Of a stretch of 64,000 bases of DNA, positions 30,278-39,462 are shown piece by piece. Each line of letters starts with the position of its first letter. Position 1 is the first letter of the stretch. The stretch is from an uncultured Collinsella sp. GTDB taxonomy: Bacteria; Actinomycetota; Coriobacteriia; Coriobacteriales; Coriobacteriaceae. Under the pieces are notes generated by a model. The model made no database searches. It was not told the DNA's origin and worked only from the letters and a program-made list of their open reading frames with translations. The stretch covers positions 8 through 64,007 of the forward strand of contig CATYUU010000004.1 of NCBI GenBank assembly GCA_958413455.1, given 5' to 3'. The translations under genes and the position numbers were made by a program.

Positions 30278-31162
30278 CTATTTCAGCTCATCGATATCGA
30301 TATGTTCGATGCTCTTGAGCGGCTGACCAAAGATAAAGCTGCCCGCCACCGCAAACTCGGCAATGTTATCGGCCGTCGTGGCAAAACGATGCTGCGGCTC
30401 GGCGGCGTCGCCCGCCAGCTGCTCGCGGCGCGTGAGGATATCGGTCAGCTCGCGTGTGGTCTCCTCGGCGGAACTCACGACGCGCACCCCAGGCCCCAGC
30501 GCATGGCGGATAGGTCCCACCAACAGCGGAAAATGCGTACAGCCGAGCACCACGGTATCGATACCGTGGTCGCGCAGCGGCTCAACCGTGGCACCCACCA
30601 GCGCGCGAACGGCTGGCGTATCAAAAATATCCTCGTTCTCGAGCCACTGCTCCTGCAGATGCGCGCCCGAGGCGAGCTCGTGCTCGACGACCTCGACAAA
30701 GCTCGAAGCCGGGCAGCCATACACATCGACACCAGCATCCAAATCCTGGATGGCGCGCGTGTAGGCGCCCGAGCGAATGGTGAGATTGGTGGCGAGCACG
30801 CCCACGCGACGCGTACGCGTGCTGTTGATCGCCGCACGGGCACCCGGCGCGATCACACCGATCACGGGAACGTCGAGCACTTGCTGAGCCAAACGCAAGG
30901 CCGCGGCGGTCGCCGTGTTGCAGGCGATGACCATGATCTTAACGTCGTGCCTCGATAGCCAGCGGCCCGCCTGCAGCGCAAACGAGCGCACTTCATCCTC
31001 GGTGCGCGTGCCGTAGGGGCAGCGCTTGGTGTCACCAAAGTAGTAGACGGACTCGTGCGGCAACGCCGTCGCAATCGCGCGCGCAACCGTCAGACCGCCC
31101 AAACCAGAATCGAACACGCCAATCGGGCGCGTGTCGCCTGCCGGATTCTCGATATCGGACAT
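30278..31162 (-). CDS. murI: Glutamate racemase
   Basis: IGVFDSGLGGLTV, ACNTA, LGCTHFP. Confidence 0.95.
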   Translation of the reverse strand: MSDIENPAGDTRPIGVFDSGLGGLTVARAIATALPHESVYYFGDTKRCPYGTRTEDEVRSFALQAGRWLSRHDVKIMVIACNTATAAALRLAQQVLDVPVIGVIAPGARAAINSTRTRRVGVLATNLTIRSGAYTRAIQDLDAGVDVYGCPASSFVEVVEHELASGAHLQEQWLENEDIFDTPAVRALVGATVEPLRDHGIDTVVLGCTHFPLLVGPIRHALGPGVRVVSSAEETTRELTDILTRREQLAGDAAEPQHRFATTADNIAEFAVAGSFIFGQPLKSIEHIDIDELK

Positions 31163-31213
31163 TACCTCACCAGTCTCTCTCGAAAAGACATGTCCACGTG
31201 CGGCGACGCCGCG

Positions 31214-32125
31214 CTACGAACGCGCCGCGACCAGCAGCTCTGCCGTCGCCGCCCAACCGTCGACAATTTTGCCGCGCGTAACGAAAGCGTTCTCGCAGGC
31301 AGCCAGGAACTCGGGCGCGCCGGCGCTCGTCAGGCCATTCTCGACCAGGCAGAACGTGCCCACGTGATCGGCCATGTAGAAATCGGACTCGGAATCGCCG
31401 AGCGCCAACGTCTCCTCGCGCTCGATCCCTAGGTGCTCGCAGAAGCGCGCAATAGCGACGCCCTTGTTGAGGCCCGCGGGGTTGATGTTGAATGCGCGAC
31501 CGTCCTCGACGCGATCGAGCTCGAGCGTCGTCGGCTTGGACAGGTGAGTCAGATGGCCGTTGCAAGCCCAGATCAGACCGCAGCCGGCCTCGTCCAGGAT
31601 GGCCTGAACCTCATCGTCGGGCACATCGCCGCGCATGCCGACGGTGACCTCACGGTACTTGTAGCCGGTCGACATGTCGTTGTGATACTCGATCTTGTGC
31701 GGCCAGCGGGCGAGGATCTTCTCGCACACGCCGGTCTGCTCGATCACCTGGTGCGGCGTGAGGCCGCAAGAGGAGTCGTAGGGCATGTCGCCGGTCAGAT
31801 ACTCCCAATCGTTGGCTTTGAGGTCGTACATGACCAGGCCGCCCATCTCGCCGATGTAGGAGTTGAGGCCGAGCACGCGCGCATCCTCGTGGATCATGGT
31901 ACGGTTGCGGCCCGAGGTGGGAACCACCTGAATACCAGCGCGAGCGAGCGCCACGACGGCCTCGACGAGTTTGGTCGAGGGGTTGCCGTCGTTGTCGCGC
32001 AGCACGCACGAGCCGGGTGCGAGCATCGTGGCATCCAGGTCGGTAAAGACGTACTTGACCTTGGCCAAGCGCTCGCGCATCTCGCCCGAAAGCTCAGCGA
32101 CGGTCGGCAGGGTATTGTGGGACAT
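31214..32125 (-). CDS. HAD-superfamily hydrolase (Cof-like)
   Basis: FTDLDATML, TSGR, NKG, GDSESD. Confidence 0.8.
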   Translation of the reverse strand: MSHNTLPTVAELSGEMRERLAKVKYVFTDLDATMLAPGSCVLRDNDGNPSTKLVEAVVALARAGIQVVPTSGRNRTMIHEDARVLGLNSYIGEMGGLVMYDLKANDWEYLTGDMPYDSSCGLTPHQVIEQTGVCEKILARWPHKIEYHNDMSTGYKYREVTVGMRGDVPDDEVQAILDEAGCGLIWACNGHLTHLSKPTTLELDRVEDGRAFNINPAGLNKGVAIARFCEHLGIEREETLALGDSESDFYMADHVGTFCLVENGLTSAGAPEFLAACENAFVTRGKIVDGWAATAELLVAARS

Positions 32126-32232
32126 GGTTACTCCGTTTACGTAGAAGGGTTTGGACTTGGACGGCATGTTTTGATTGAGGGAACACGCTTATGGCGACAG
32201 CGCACTCAGGGCGCCGCCGCCATCATGGTTCA

Positions 32233-33795
32233 TTAGTCAAACTGGGTAACATCGATCAGGCGATTGGCCAGCGAAAGGTCGCTCTCGATGGGCACGAACT
32301 CGTCGCCCACGTGCATGAGCTCCTCGTCACCCTTTGCCAGCAGCAAGACAATGGTGGGAGCATCGGGGTTGACGTACTCCTCGCGCGCCGCCTTGAACGC
32401 CGCATGCACAGCGGCTTCGCGGTCGAGGATGATCTTGTTCGGCGTATCGTCGGGAACATGCTCGGCAAGCTCGCGACAGACCTTCATCGGGTCCTCGTGA
32501 GCCGGGTCCTCATTGGCAAAGATCATCAGGTCGGAATACGGTGCGGCCTCGCGCGGAAGCTGCTCGCGGCGCTCCTGCGCCTTGCCGCCGGCAGCGCCAA
32601 ACACCGCAATGACCGGACTAGCGGGAAACGCGCGCTTGACCGACGAGAAAAGCGAGCGGAACGAAAGCTGGTTGTGCGCGTAGTCGACGACACAAATCAC
32701 GCGGCCGTCCTTCGACTCCACGACCTCCATACGGCCCGGCACACGCAGTTTTGAGAGGCCCTTCTTGATGGCATCGATACCGATGCCGATCTCGCGCGCA
32801 GCGGCGATAGCGACCAGCGCGTTCTCCACGTTAAAGTCGCCCGCGATACCCAGCAGGACCTTCTCCCCCGCCTCGGACTCGTCGGCACACAAGCCATGCA
32901 AGTTGAACTCGATGCTAAAGCCGACCATGCGTACGTCGCTCGCCCACAGACTTGCCTCGGGATGCTCGACGCCAACGGTCACCAAGCGCTCGGCCGTCGA
33001 CGCTGCCTCTAGCACACGGTCAACCTCTTCGGTGCCTAGATTCACCACGGCGGTCTTTGCCTGGTCAAAGATCCTGAGTTTGCTCTCAAAATAATCCTCA
33101 AACGTGGGGTGTTCGATCGGCGAGATGTGGTCGCGGCCGATGTTGAGGAAGCACGCCACGTCAAACGGCAGATTCTCGACGCGTTGGTACTTGAGCGCCT
33201 GGCTCGAGACCTCCATGACCATGGACTGGCGACCGGACGTGCGGCAGTTGGCGATATGGCGCCAAACCTCGGGGGCCTCGGGCGTGGTGTTGGTGCTCTC
33301 GTAGCACTCGATACCATCGTCGGTACTCACCGAGCCGATCATGCCGCAGGACTCGCCCGCCGCCTTGATGATGGACTGGAGCATAAAAGCGGCCGTGGTC
33401 TTTCCCTTGGTGCCGGTGATGCCCACGATCTTGACGTCGTGGTCAGGACGGTCGTAGACCTCCGGCGGCAACAGGGCCATGGCCGTGCGAACACTATCAA
33501 CAACCAGCATCGCAGCACCGCTCTCCTGCGCCAGCGGCTCCAGAGACTCGACCAGCGACTCCTCGCACACAAATGCGACGGCGCCCGCATCGAGCGCCAT
33601 GCTCAAAAACGCGGGCTTAAAGGCAGCACCTTTGCAAAAGAATACGTCACCTGCCGAGACCACGCGCGAATCAAACGAGCAGCCGGTCACGGCACGCTCG
33701 TCAACCTGCTCTGATGCGCGCAGCTCGCCGCACACGTCGAGAAGCTTGGCAAGCGTATCGACCGTGGTCACGGCCGCGGAATCCGAATGGTGCAT
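32233..33795 (-). CDS. murE: UDP-MurNAc-tripeptide synthetase (MurE family)
   Basis: GITGTKGKTT, TTPE, MEVSSQ, DHISPIEH, VPGRME, VDYAHN. Confidence 0.9.
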   Translation of the reverse strand: MHHSDSAAVTTVDTLAKLLDVCGELRASEQVDERAVTGCSFDSRVVSAGDVFFCKGAAFKPAFLSMALDAGAVAFVCEESLVESLEPLAQESGAAMLVVDSVRTAMALLPPEVYDRPDHDVKIVGITGTKGKTTAAFMLQSIIKAAGESCGMIGSVSTDDGIECYESTNTTPEAPEVWRHIANCRTSGRQSMVMEVSSQALKYQRVENLPFDVACFLNIGRDHISPIEHPTFEDYFESKLRIFDQAKTAVVNLGTEEVDRVLEAASTAERLVTVGVEHPEASLWASDVRMVGFSIEFNLHGLCADESEAGEKVLLGIAGDFNVENALVAIAAAREIGIGIDAIKKGLSKLRVPGRMEVVESKDGRVICVVDYAHNQLSFRSLFSSVKRAFPASPVIAVFGAAGGKAQERREQLPREAAPYSDLMIFANEDPAHEDPMKVCRELAEHVPDDTPNKIILDREAAVHAAFKAAREEYVNPDAPTIVLLLAKGDEELMHVGDEFVPIESDLSLANRLIDVTQFD

Positions 33796-33907
33796 CTTTC
33801 ACCTTTCTCAGCCATTTGGCAGGGACGGTTTTCATAGTAACTGAAACGCGCTCGCGCAAAAACGGCTCCCGGAGGAGCCGTTACGCGCAGGCGTTCGTAA
33901 GCCGAGG

Positions 33908-35788
33908 CTAGGCAGCCTGAACAGAAGGCTGGCCCTCGTCGATAAAGAAGCGCTTGTACCACACTAGGAACACGAGCGGCGTATAGATCTTGCGCTGGAA
34001 ATCGCCCTTGCCCGCAAAGTGCAGATCGAGCAGGTGCATGAGCTCGTCGGTATTGAAGAACTCACTTGCCCACGGCGCGGTGAAGTACTCCTTGACATAG
34101 TCGTACCACTTTTGCTCGCGCAGCCAGTAGACAATCGGCACCGGGAAGCCCACCTTGGGACGGGTGGCCCACTCATCGGGCAGCGACTTGTTGGCAGCGT
34201 GGCGGAGTACCTGTTTGTTGCCGTTCTCGTTGATGCGGTAGCGGTCGGGAATGTGCTCGGCGAACTCCATGACTTTGCGGTCCAGGAAGGGCACGCGCAG
34301 CTCCAGCGAGTGCGCCATGCACATCTTGTCGGCCTTGAGCAGAATGTCGCCCGGGAGCCACATGTTCATGTCCAAGTACTGCTTCTTGACCAGCTCGGGC
34401 TGACCCTTCACGCGTGCATAGATGGGAGCGGCAAGCTCGAAGGCGCCATCGCCGGTGTTGTACTCGGGCTTGAGCACGCCGTCGACCTCGCGCTCCGGCC
34501 ATACCAGAGCCTGTCCCAGGAACGACTTCTCGGGGATCTCGGCACCCTTGACCAGGAAGTTATGTCCCTTGAAGTACGGCATATGCAGCGCCAGGTTACC
34601 GAGCGCGCGACGGATGGGCAGCGGCACCATCTTTTTGTACTTGCGCACCGGGACCGTGTCCTCGTAGTAGGCGTAGCCGCCAAAGAGCTCGTCGGCGCCT
34701 TCGCCCGAAAGCACGACGGTGACGTCCTTGCGGGCCATCTCGGCCAAGAACCACAGCGGCACGGAAGACAGGTTGGACTGCGGCTCGTCCATGTGATACT
34801 GGATGTCCTCGAGCGCACCGAAGAACTCGTCGGCGGTAATCATCTTGCGGACGTTCTCGACGCCGAGCTTATCGGAAAGCTCCTTGGCGTAGTTGGTCTC
34901 GTTAAAGTTCTTGTAGTCAAAGCCCACCGAGAAGGTCTTGTCGGGCATGAGGCAAGCGGCGATGTAGCTGGAGTCGACGCCACCGGAGAGGAACGACGCG
35001 ACCTTGACGTCGGCGATACGATGGGCCTCGACGCTCTCGTGCACGACCTCGTCCAGCTCATCGACATACTCTTCGAACGGCTTCTCGACGGCAGAGTAAT
35101 CGCAATCCCAGTAGCGCTCGATGTTCATCTTGCCGGTCGGGATATCGACGGTAAAGTAGTGCGCCGGCGGCAGCTTGTAGACACCCTCGAAGAAGGTCTC
35201 CTCGGTTGCCGAATACTGCAGCGTCATGTACGGACGCAGGGCCTTTTTGTTGACCGCCTTGTGGAAGTGCGGGTAGTCCAAGAAGCTCTTGATCTCGGAA
35301 CCAAAGAGCACGCCCGGAGCGCCGTCGCCCGCATCGGCCATGGGATAGTAGTAAAGCGGCTTGATGCCAAAGATGTCGCGGGCGCCAAAAAGCTTGTTCT
35401 TCTTTTTGTCCCAGATGACGAAGGCGTACATACCGCGCAAGCGATCGAGTACGGCCTCGCCCCACTCCTCGTAGCCGTGCAGGAGGCTCTCGGTGTCGGC
35501 GCCGCAGTGGAACTTGTAGCCCTTGGCCTCGAGCTCGGAACGGAGTTCTTGGAAGTTGTAGATCTCGCCGTTGAAGACAATGACGACGCTACCGTCCTCG
35601 TTGGCCATGGGTTGGGCGCCAGCCTCGGTCAGATCGAGGATCGACAGGCGGCGGAAGCCCAGGGCAACGCGGCCGTCGATAAACTGACCGCCCATGTCGG
35701 GACCGCGATGGACGATGCGGTCCATCATCTTGGTGAGCACCTCGGATTGGTTATCCGTCCCACCGACAAAACCGACAAAACCGCACAT
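33908..35788 (-). CDS. asnB: Asparagine synthase (glutamine-hydrolysing) / amidotransferase
   Basis: N-terminal Cys (MCGF), HRGPD, FNGEIYN, LSGGVDSS, SGEGADELFGGY, ELRVPFLD. Confidence 0.93.
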   Translation of the reverse strand: MCGFVGFVGGTDNQSEVLTKMMDRIVHRGPDMGGQFIDGRVALGFRRLSILDLTEAGAQPMANEDGSVVIVFNGEIYNFQELRSELEAKGYKFHCGADTESLLHGYEEWGEAVLDRLRGMYAFVIWDKKKNKLFGARDIFGIKPLYYYPMADAGDGAPGVLFGSEIKSFLDYPHFHKAVNKKALRPYMTLQYSATEETFFEGVYKLPPAHYFTVDIPTGKMNIERYWDCDYSAVEKPFEEYVDELDEVVHESVEAHRIADVKVASFLSGGVDSSYIAACLMPDKTFSVGFDYKNFNETNYAKELSDKLGVENVRKMITADEFFGALEDIQYHMDEPQSNLSSVPLWFLAEMARKDVTVVLSGEGADELFGGYAYYEDTVPVRKYKKMVPLPIRRALGNLALHMPYFKGHNFLVKGAEIPEKSFLGQALVWPEREVDGVLKPEYNTGDGAFELAAPIYARVKGQPELVKKQYLDMNMWLPGDILLKADKMCMAHSLELRVPFLDRKVMEFAEHIPDRYRINENGNKQVLRHAANKSLPDEWATRPKVGFPVPIVYWLREQKWYDYVKEYFTAPWASEFFNTDELMHLLDLHFAGKGDFQRKIYTPLVFLVWYKRFFIDEGQPSVQAA

Positions 35789-35956
35789 ATACTATCCCCT
35801 CTGCTGTTGCTGGGCATCAAATCGAATCAGTAGCTTTTGAGTATACCCGAGGGCGTAAAGAGGGGCGGAATGTTCAGGCAATCTCAACTGAATCAGCTCC
35901 GCTGTGACACGCGCGAGTTACCTTTAATGGATATGAGGTGAATGAGGCGATTGTTT

Positions 35957-35965
35957 TGCTATACT
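35957..35965 (+). promoter_or_regulatory. Extended -10 promoter element of tRNA-Val
   Basis: TGCTATACT 10 bp upstream of the tRNA 5' end. Confidence 0.6.
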
Positions 35966-35975
35966 CTCTCCGCAC

Positions 35976-36051
35976 GGGCGATTGGCGCAACGGTTAGCGC
36001 AGGTGCTTTACACGCACAAGGCTGGGGGTTCGAATCCCTCATCGCCCACCA
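35976..36051 (+). tRNA. tRNA-Val(TAC)
   Basis: Acceptor stem GGGCGAT/ATCGCCC, anticodon loop TT-TAC-AC, T-arm GGTTCGAATCC, CCA end. Confidence 0.96.
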
Positions 36052-36286
36052 CTGATTTGATAGGCTCCCAGCAATGGGAGCCTTTCTTTTTTTGGGCCCA
36101 TCGCAGAGGGATTCGAACCCGACAGGGTGCGGAGCTGAGAAAACGCGCAAGCGTTTTCCAGCGCAGCACGCGAGGGCCGTAGGCCCGAAGCGAGAGCGGG
36201 CGGCGAAGCCGCACGCGACATCCCTTATCGCCCACCACTGAATTGTTAGGCCTCCAGCGATGGAGGCCTTTCTTTTTTCAGGCCCA
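36034..36286 (+). repeat. tRNA-3'-end plus terminator direct repeat (67 bp, period 186) enclosing a hairpin-rich spacer
   Basis: 36034-36100 versus 36220-36286 (ATCCCTYATCGCCCACCACTGA...terminator...GGCCCA); spacer holds an inverted T-arm copy GAGGGATTCGAACCC (36106-36120). Confidence 0.85.
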
Positions 36287-37736
36287 CCACATGAAAGTTA
36301 GACGAACCCTTGTTCATCAGGGGTTCGTCTTTTTTTGTCGGCATAAAATCATCGTCCCAATTGTCGAAGCTAAAGAACAGCTGTACTTCATCGCCGTCGA
36401 TTTGTATGAATCGCATGAACGTGTCGATGATTTCGAATGGGTCAGATTCTGCGCCTAGCGTGTCGAGCCATGCAAGATAGTCATCAAGGCTCAAGTCTTC
36501 GGCGCTTTCCGCTTCAAGCGTCTTCTCCAATTCCTCTTTCAGAGCCGCTTGACGGGCTTTCAATTCCTCAACCCTATCCTTGCCGCCTGGGGGTGCTATA
36601 CCGTCCTCTATGGCGTGCCATATGCGCTCAAACGCCGTGTCAATGCGCTTAATCTCTGCTGTGATGCGCTCGCTTTCCTTTGGCGCGTCATCCTCGGCGG
36701 TTTCAGCGATCATCATCTCAAGCGTTGCGATGATGCGCTCGCGCACCTTTGGGTCATGTATCGATTCGAGTATGGTGTCGGAAACTGCATCCTCTATGAG
36801 GTCGCGGCGGAACGTTCGGCGGCATTTTGGGCAGCGGTAGTAGTAATACGTTTTGCCGCTCTTTCCAGTTCCAGAGGTTCCGACGAACCATCTGCCGCAC
36901 TCTCGGCAATACATCTTGCCGCTGAGCGCATAGGGCTGCTCTCCGTCAACAACGCGGTGCTTGTGGCCGCGTCCGTTGAGGATGCTTGCAATCTCGTCTT
37001 GTTCCTGGCGTGACCACAGTGCAGGCATGCCGTTCGTCGTGCGCACGCCAGCGTATTTGTACACGCCGCAATTTTGCTCGCGCGAGAGCAGCCTTTTAAT
37101 CGTGCTTTGCGAGAACGCCTTGCCGCGCCTTGTCCGCTCGGTTTTTATTGCCCTCTGGATGTCGGCAATGGTTGAGCCTGAGAACAGCATGTTTTTCATC
37201 TTATGCATAACGGCGGCTTCGCGCTCGTTTACGACGAAGCGATCGTTTACAACGTCCCAACCGTACAGGCGCTGACCGCTCGCCATGCCGCGTTGCGCGT
37301 TCTTCTGTATGCCGTCGCGTATGCGCTCACTATCAACGGCGCTTTCATACTCGGCAAGCACTTCAAGCATGCCGAGGTGCAAAACTTTAGTTGAGCCCTC
37401 GCCGAGCGTTTCACCGGCGTAGAGGATTTCAACGCCTGCCTTACGAAGCATGATGCGAGCAAGAGCCATTTCGTCTCTGTTGCGCATGATGCGCGTGACC
37501 TTGTATATCACCACGTAATCGAAAAGTCCCTTTTGGGCATCTTTTAGCATTGCCTGAAATTCAGCGCGGTTCGTGTTCTTGCCAGTTTTGGCGTAATCGC
37601 TATAGATGCGCACAACGGTAAGGCCACTTTCGTCGCAGAACTCGCGCGACTTATCGACCTGGATTTCAATGCTTTCGTCTCGCTGATTGTGCGAGCTAAA
37701 ACGTGCGTAAATGGCCGCACGGTTACCCTTTGCCAT
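36246..37736 (-). CDS. Large serine recombinase (prophage integrase)
   Basis: AIYARFSS catalytic Ser, recombinase domain, zinc ribbon CRECG...YYYRCPKC, coiled coil. Confidence 0.92.
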   Translation of the reverse strand: MAKGNRAAIYARFSSHNQRDESIEIQVDKSREFCDESGLTVVRIYSDYAKTGKNTNRAEFQAMLKDAQKGLFDYVVIYKVTRIMRNRDEMALARIMLRKAGVEILYAGETLGEGSTKVLHLGMLEVLAEYESAVDSERIRDGIQKNAQRGMASGQRLYGWDVVNDRFVVNEREAAVMHKMKNMLFSGSTIADIQRAIKTERTRRGKAFSQSTIKRLLSREQNCGVYKYAGVRTTNGMPALWSRQEQDEIASILNGRGHKHRVVDGEQPYALSGKMYCRECGRWFVGTSGTGKSGKTYYYYRCPKCRRTFRRDLIEDAVSDTILESIHDPKVRERIIATLEMMIAETAEDDAPKESERITAEIKRIDTAFERIWHAIEDGIAPPGGKDRVEELKARQAALKEELEKTLEAESAEDLSLDDYLAWLDTLGAESDPFEIIDTFMRFIQIDGDEVQLFFSFDNWDDDFMPTKKDEPLMNKGSSNFHVVGLKKERPPSLEA

Positions 37737-37819
37737 GGTATTATCACCTTGCCTTTTCAGTTGTCTACGGAATGGCGCGCCCTGTATCTGGTCTTGGCGG
37801 ATGGATACAGGGCATTTTG

Positions 37820-38113
37820 CTATCTGTACGTTATGAGCGTGTCGTAACGGTCTGCGCCGCTGATACCTTGGTCAGGAACAGAGTTGGTTTCTACCCTGAT
37901 AATCTCAAGGCCCTTATCTTGAAGCGCGTTGAGGACTTCGTTTATCTGCTCGTTGTATTTCTGGTCAGCACCGAATACCCGTCCGCTAAAGGATTGACCG
38001 AACGACCGAATGAGCATGACGTGAATGCGCCCGTCGGGCGTTGGAATCGAGGAGATCGCCTTTTCGATTTCCTGCCGTGCCATTTCTTCACGCTGGTTCT
38101 TGAAGATTCCCAT
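37820..38113 (-). CDS. Hypothetical lysogeny-module protein (97 aa)
   Basis: Start MGIFKNQREE 2 bp after the repressor stop, AAAGG RBS; lies between repressor and integrase. Confidence 0.6.
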   Translation of the reverse strand: MGIFKNQREEMARQEIEKAISSIPTPDGRIHVMLIRSFGQSFSGRVFGADQKYNEQINEVLNALQDKGLEIIRVETNSVPDQGISGADRYDTLITYR

Positions 38114-38115
38114 TT

Positions 38116-38451
38116 CTAGCCCTTTCTCGATTCGCTTGCCGCAGCCTTTGCGGTCATCGCTATGTTCTGCTGCCACTGCGGCGAGCTTTCGCGGTAGTTG
38201 TCCACAATCTCGCGTTCGTCGCTGGTCAAGTTGTCTTCGCTCGTCCCTGTGCTTGGAAAGCCACATAAATCATTCGGCGTACATTTCAATGCTGCGCATA
38301 GCATGAAAGCGTCTTCGAGCGGAATACCAACCTCGCCACGTTCCCATGAAGCATATTTGCGTTCTTTTATGCCGAGGAAATCGGCAAACGCCTTTTGTGT
38401 CGCAAAACCAGCGGCCTTGCGCAGCTCTTTCAATTTCAATTGATATTCCAT
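38116..38451 (-). CDS. Phage repressor (XRE HTH, cI-like)
   Basis: LKELRKAAGFATQKAFADFLGIKERKYASWERGE; AAGGAGG RBS; divergent from the cro-like gene. Confidence 0.85.
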   Translation of the reverse strand: MEYQLKLKELRKAAGFATQKAFADFLGIKERKYASWERGEVGIPLEDAFMLCAALKCTPNDLCGFPSTGTSEDNLTSDEREIVDNYRESSPQWQQNIAMTAKAAASESRKG

Positions 38452-38483
38452 GCGCCCTCCTTTCGTCGCTGCAACGCCGATTC

Positions 38484-38585
38484 TACGTGATTCACGTACG
38501 TTAATCAAGAAAATACGTAATTCACGCTTGCAAAGAACGTTAAACACGTTTATTGTCTGTAGCCATCAACGTGATTCACGTTGAT
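38484..38585. promoter_or_regulatory. Four repressor operators (ACGTGAnTCACGT) and a rightward promoter TTGCAA-17-TATTGT
   Basis: 38484-38498, 38514-38528, 38536-38550 and 38565-38585 (perfect 21-bp palindrome); -35 at 38528-38533, -10 at 38551-38556. Confidence 0.8.
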
Positions 38586-38677
38586 TTAGGTTCTTTTACT
38601 ACACGTAAAAGAATACGGTTTGTATTGACTAAAGCCAATACAAACCTAATGAGCACTCATTGAAAGGAGGTGAACAT

Positions 38678-38899
38678 ATGCCCGAGTTGAAACATGCGTT
38701 TGCGGACAATCTGCGAGTTCGTCGCGTCAAGAAGCATTGGTCGCAACAGCAGCTTGCGGAAGCATCCGGTGTCGGCGTTGATGCAATCGGCAAGTACGAG
38801 CGTTGCGATTGCTCGCCGACGCTGGAAAGCATCGTAAAGCTTTCAACCGCTTTGGACTGCACTCCAAACGATCTGTGCACTTTCCCCGAATTCAAGTAA
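38678..38899 (+). CDS. Cro-like XRE HTH protein
   Basis: NLRVRRVKKHWSQQQLAEASGVGVDAIGKYER; AAGGAGG RBS. Confidence 0.85.
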   Translation: MPELKHAFADNLRVRRVKKHWSQQQLAEASGVGVDAIGKYERCDCSPTLESIVKLSTALDCTPNDLCTFPEFK

Positions 38900-38911
38900 G
38901 GAGGTCGCGTA

Positions 38912-39043
38912 ATGGAATTGGTTGACGAGCTGTTCCAGGTAGTCGGCCTGTGGGGCTTCTTCGCTTCGGCTGTTGCCGTCGGCGTTGGTCTCGGCGTCGA
39001 ATACGCGCTCAAGCACACCACTTTCATCGTTCACAAGCATTAA
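38912..39043 (+). CDS. Small single-TM protein (43 aa), not in the ORF track
   Basis: AAGGAGG RBS; MELVDELFQVVGLWGFFASAVAVGVGLGVEYALKHTTFIVHKH; fills the gap between cro and the next gene. Confidence 0.6.
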   Translation: MELVDELFQVVGLWGFFASAVAVGVGLGVEYALKHTTFIVHKH

Positions 39044-39060
39044 GAAAGGAGGGGTTTCAA

Positions 39061-39462
39061 ATGTATGAAACCAAGCCAGAAACCGCTGGTTTGCGTAGTG
39101 GTTTTAGACAAGCAAAACCGCCGCAGCGCGTCGAGTGCGTATCAGCGTCGGTTCTTTACGAGGGTCAGAGAAGCTGCGCAAGCCTGCAAAGAGAAGGCGC
39201 CCGCGCACGTCGGCAAACGCGCACGGGCTATCGTCAAAACTTCCAGAGCAATGACGATGAGATTCTAGCAGGAAAACCGTTGGTTATCCGTTGGTTTGTC
39301 TACATTTTCGCGGCGTTGTGCCTGTGCGGAATCGTCCCCATGGCGGCAGCGGAATGGCTCATCTGGTTTTGTGATTCCTTTGGCTGCTGGTGGCTTCCGC
39401 TTGTCCTGCTCGGTGCTGAGGTCTGGTTCATCTTGCATCTGATTGGGCGTGACATGCGATGA
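39061..39462 (+). CDS. Hypothetical phage membrane protein
   Basis: AAGGAGG RBS; two C-terminal hydrophobic segments; ATGA coupling to the next gene. Confidence 0.6.
   Translation: MYETKPETAGLRSGFRQAKPPQRVECVSASVLYEGQRSCASLQREGARARRQTRTGYRQNFQSNDDEILAGKPLVIRWFVYIFAALCLCGIVPMAAAEWLIWFCDSFGCWWLPLVLLGAEVWFILHLIGRDMR

Noticed and set aside
36220..36240. Second tRNA gene
   Set aside because: Only the 3' acceptor-side fragment is present; no D or anticodon arm
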